From: Leidyana gryllorum EB-2025a
Taxonomy: Eukaryota; Protista; Apicomplexa
Length of the DNA stretch: 22,637 nt
Reading direction: 5' to 3'
Assembly (NCBI GenBank): GCA_048772705.1
Contig: JBLWGC010000143.1
Span: forward strand, 1-22,637
Shown piece by piece: positions 20,901 through 22,637 of the stretch; positions within the stretch are counted from its first letter, which is position 1, and each line of letters starts with the position of its first letter. The notes below the pieces were generated by a model. The model was not told where the DNA came from and did not search any database. It saw nothing but the letters and a program-made list of their open reading frames with translations. The position numbers and the translations under genes are program-made.

Positions 20901-22637
20901 TGGAACGTACCACCACGAATGCGAGCACTGGTCGGGACGCCACTGGTGCCGGGCTCAGTGGTACGAGTGGGGGTACGACGCCCGTTCCGAGTACGGCTTC
21001 TCACCGCCGAAGTCACCGCGAGGACCGTTTGTTGGATCAAATTCGGCAGATTTGGATGAAACACTGTCAAACCAGTACACCTAATGCCAACTTGACGACG
21101 AGTTTGCCAGGAGGTTCATATGCTTCTTCTGCGTCCTCACGACGCATAGGAGCTCCATGGTCGGTTGTTTTGCGCACTGAGTCGGCACACGATGAGAAGT
21201 ACACATGGACCTTATGGGCTATCGACATGGATTCTGCAGCTCTGAGAAACTTATCACCTCGTTTGCCGCCTCACGCCAATACGGGTGGAGGCTCTTCGGC
21301 ATCCGAAGGGTTGATAAGTATAAATGCTACGAATGCGGCTGGAATCACTGTGGGCGACCGTCTGATGTCAATCAATGACATACGTGAGGCAAACACAAGC
21401 GGCAACAACCACAGCTTGCGACTTCTCAAGGCTTTCAAAATAAGCGACTATTGTTCGGATAAAGTGAAGAATTGTACTATAACGTTGGAAGATTATGAGC
21501 GTATCAAACAAACTGAAGCGACAAATGCTGCCATTCAAGAGCTGAGTCAAGGTGTTATTGGCAATCAAGGAGGCTTGGGCGGCGCACAATCTGCATTCAA
21601 TGCAGCAGATCTGGCGAATCGTAATCCATTCGATGTGCTAATCGCAGCAGCATTGAATGGACACGAAAATCCGACTGCGACGGTGGCATGCTCCGTGAGC
21701 CCATCAGGTGGACACACAACAAAGCTCTCAGCTCAACAACAACCAATATTTTTCACGAGCTCAATCGTCTGCCCCTTCTTACCTGCTTCCTCCTCCCACA
21801 CCAAGCCAGAATGCAGCAAGCGGAACCCATCAACCCAACGGCACACCAGGAACGACTACTTCTAACAATATGCTCAACAGTCCAACCTCGGCTGGGCAGA
21901 CAAGAAGGCAAATGTGGATCAGAATTGTTGGAGTGACATTCGGCGGTTGCATTTGCGGTTCCCCCGCAGATATCAAGTTCCTCCATTCTTCATTATTGTG
22001 AAGAAGCTACCACAGGAACTCACCGGCCGACAAGCAGTGGCGACCCAGCAGAGTGCGGCCGTTGCGAAGTACATGGAGAGCCGGGAATCGGTAGCTCTGA
22101 CTCTGGATGCCAACCTGCTCAAGAAGTCAACAGCTGCGAGCAAGAAAATGTTCTTGCATCACTCCATGTGGGAGCTCAATCCCCCGTTCCCGTCTTCAGA
22201 AGTATTCATGCGTCAGTACCTACCGCCCAACAGCATGTCTTTGCAGGAGTTGTTATCACAACTCCCTCGAAGTATGCCCGCTTCCCAACCAGTTTCCTCT
22301 TTCCTGGGTGTCGGTGTGACCAGCGACGCCGTGACAGGAGGACAGCAGTCTTCGTACTATGGCAACACACTGGATGGCTACTCGGCCAATTTACCACATG
22401 TTGGCATTCTCGATGGCGACACGGTGCCGATTGTTGTGCCCGATGAGTCCACAAAGGAAGTATTACAAGCAGTGCAGCGAGCCAGCTGGAGCGTCTGCGA
22501 AAGGTGATATTCTGACTCCCGATGATTCCGCACGAGCAAAACAAGGAGAGGAGTTGTCCAAGTATATCAACAACGAGAAGTATTGGAACACATTGTTCCA
22601 TTCGGACGATTTTGTCCGTCGTCAGAGCGTCTACCAT
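17911..22637 (+). CDS. Large PZP-domain (PHD-Zn knuckle-ePHD; BRPF/JADE/AF10/Nto1-like) nuclear protein, 3'-truncated; 5' exons tentative
   Basis: After removing intron 18993-19068: CEVC..ADPIIECT|GCGVLVHQQCYGV..WYCCVC, then CVIC..GAMK..KWAHVSC, then CSIC..EG..NCSFPGCTKRVHVAC..TCEDH (18935-19661). Long low-complexity ORFs in shifting frames continue to the window end (..YWNTLFHSDDFVRRQSVYH). Confidence 0.85.

Noticed and set aside
19990-21059. C-terminal half of the 688-aa ORF and the many antisense ORFs as real or dual-coding proteins
   Set aside because: These are off-frame or shadow readings in GC-balanced low-complexity coding DNA; the compositionally coherent protein switches frame at indels.
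1-22637. Functional gene cluster, mobile element, CRISPR array, tRNA or rRNA
   Set aside because: The neighbouring genes have unrelated functions, and I saw no repeat-spacer arrays, terminal repeats, transposase/RT motifs or recognisable structured RNA genes by eye.

Overview
Eukaryotic, intron-containing and extremely gene-dense DNA, most consistent with an apicomplexan, possibly a gregarine-like parasite. That taxon call is an inference from a CDPK6-type kinase, a PfMDR1-like ABCB, a TIP-like aquaporin, a chitinase and ~35-55 nt GT-AG introns. The consensus is error-rich, with many 1-nt indels and some substitutions even in an essential gene, so the ORF track is fragmented and I rebuilt the gene models by hand across frames. 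About nine genes are present: the 3' part of a GH18 chitinase with a GPI-type tail (+); four minus-strand genes (full ABCB/MDR transporter, cytosolic Asp-tRNA synthetase, a multi-zinc-finger/P-loop kinase protein, an aquaporin); then, after an 82-nt divergent spacer, four plus-strand genes (small coiled-coil protein, TM-MORN-alpha/beta-hydrolase, CDPK6-like kinase, large PZP chromatin reader running off the end). The best leads are (1) an apparent NZF + Zn-ribbon + Rqt4/TRIP4-like + polynucleotide-kinase-like fusion, possibly a ribosome-quality-control factor, and (2) co-directional gene blocks with spacers of about 100 nt or less, plus a shared upstream RAACT(G) motif that is missing at the two tightest tandem junctions (candidate bicistrons). 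No RNA genes, mobile elements or CRISPR arrays were recognised.
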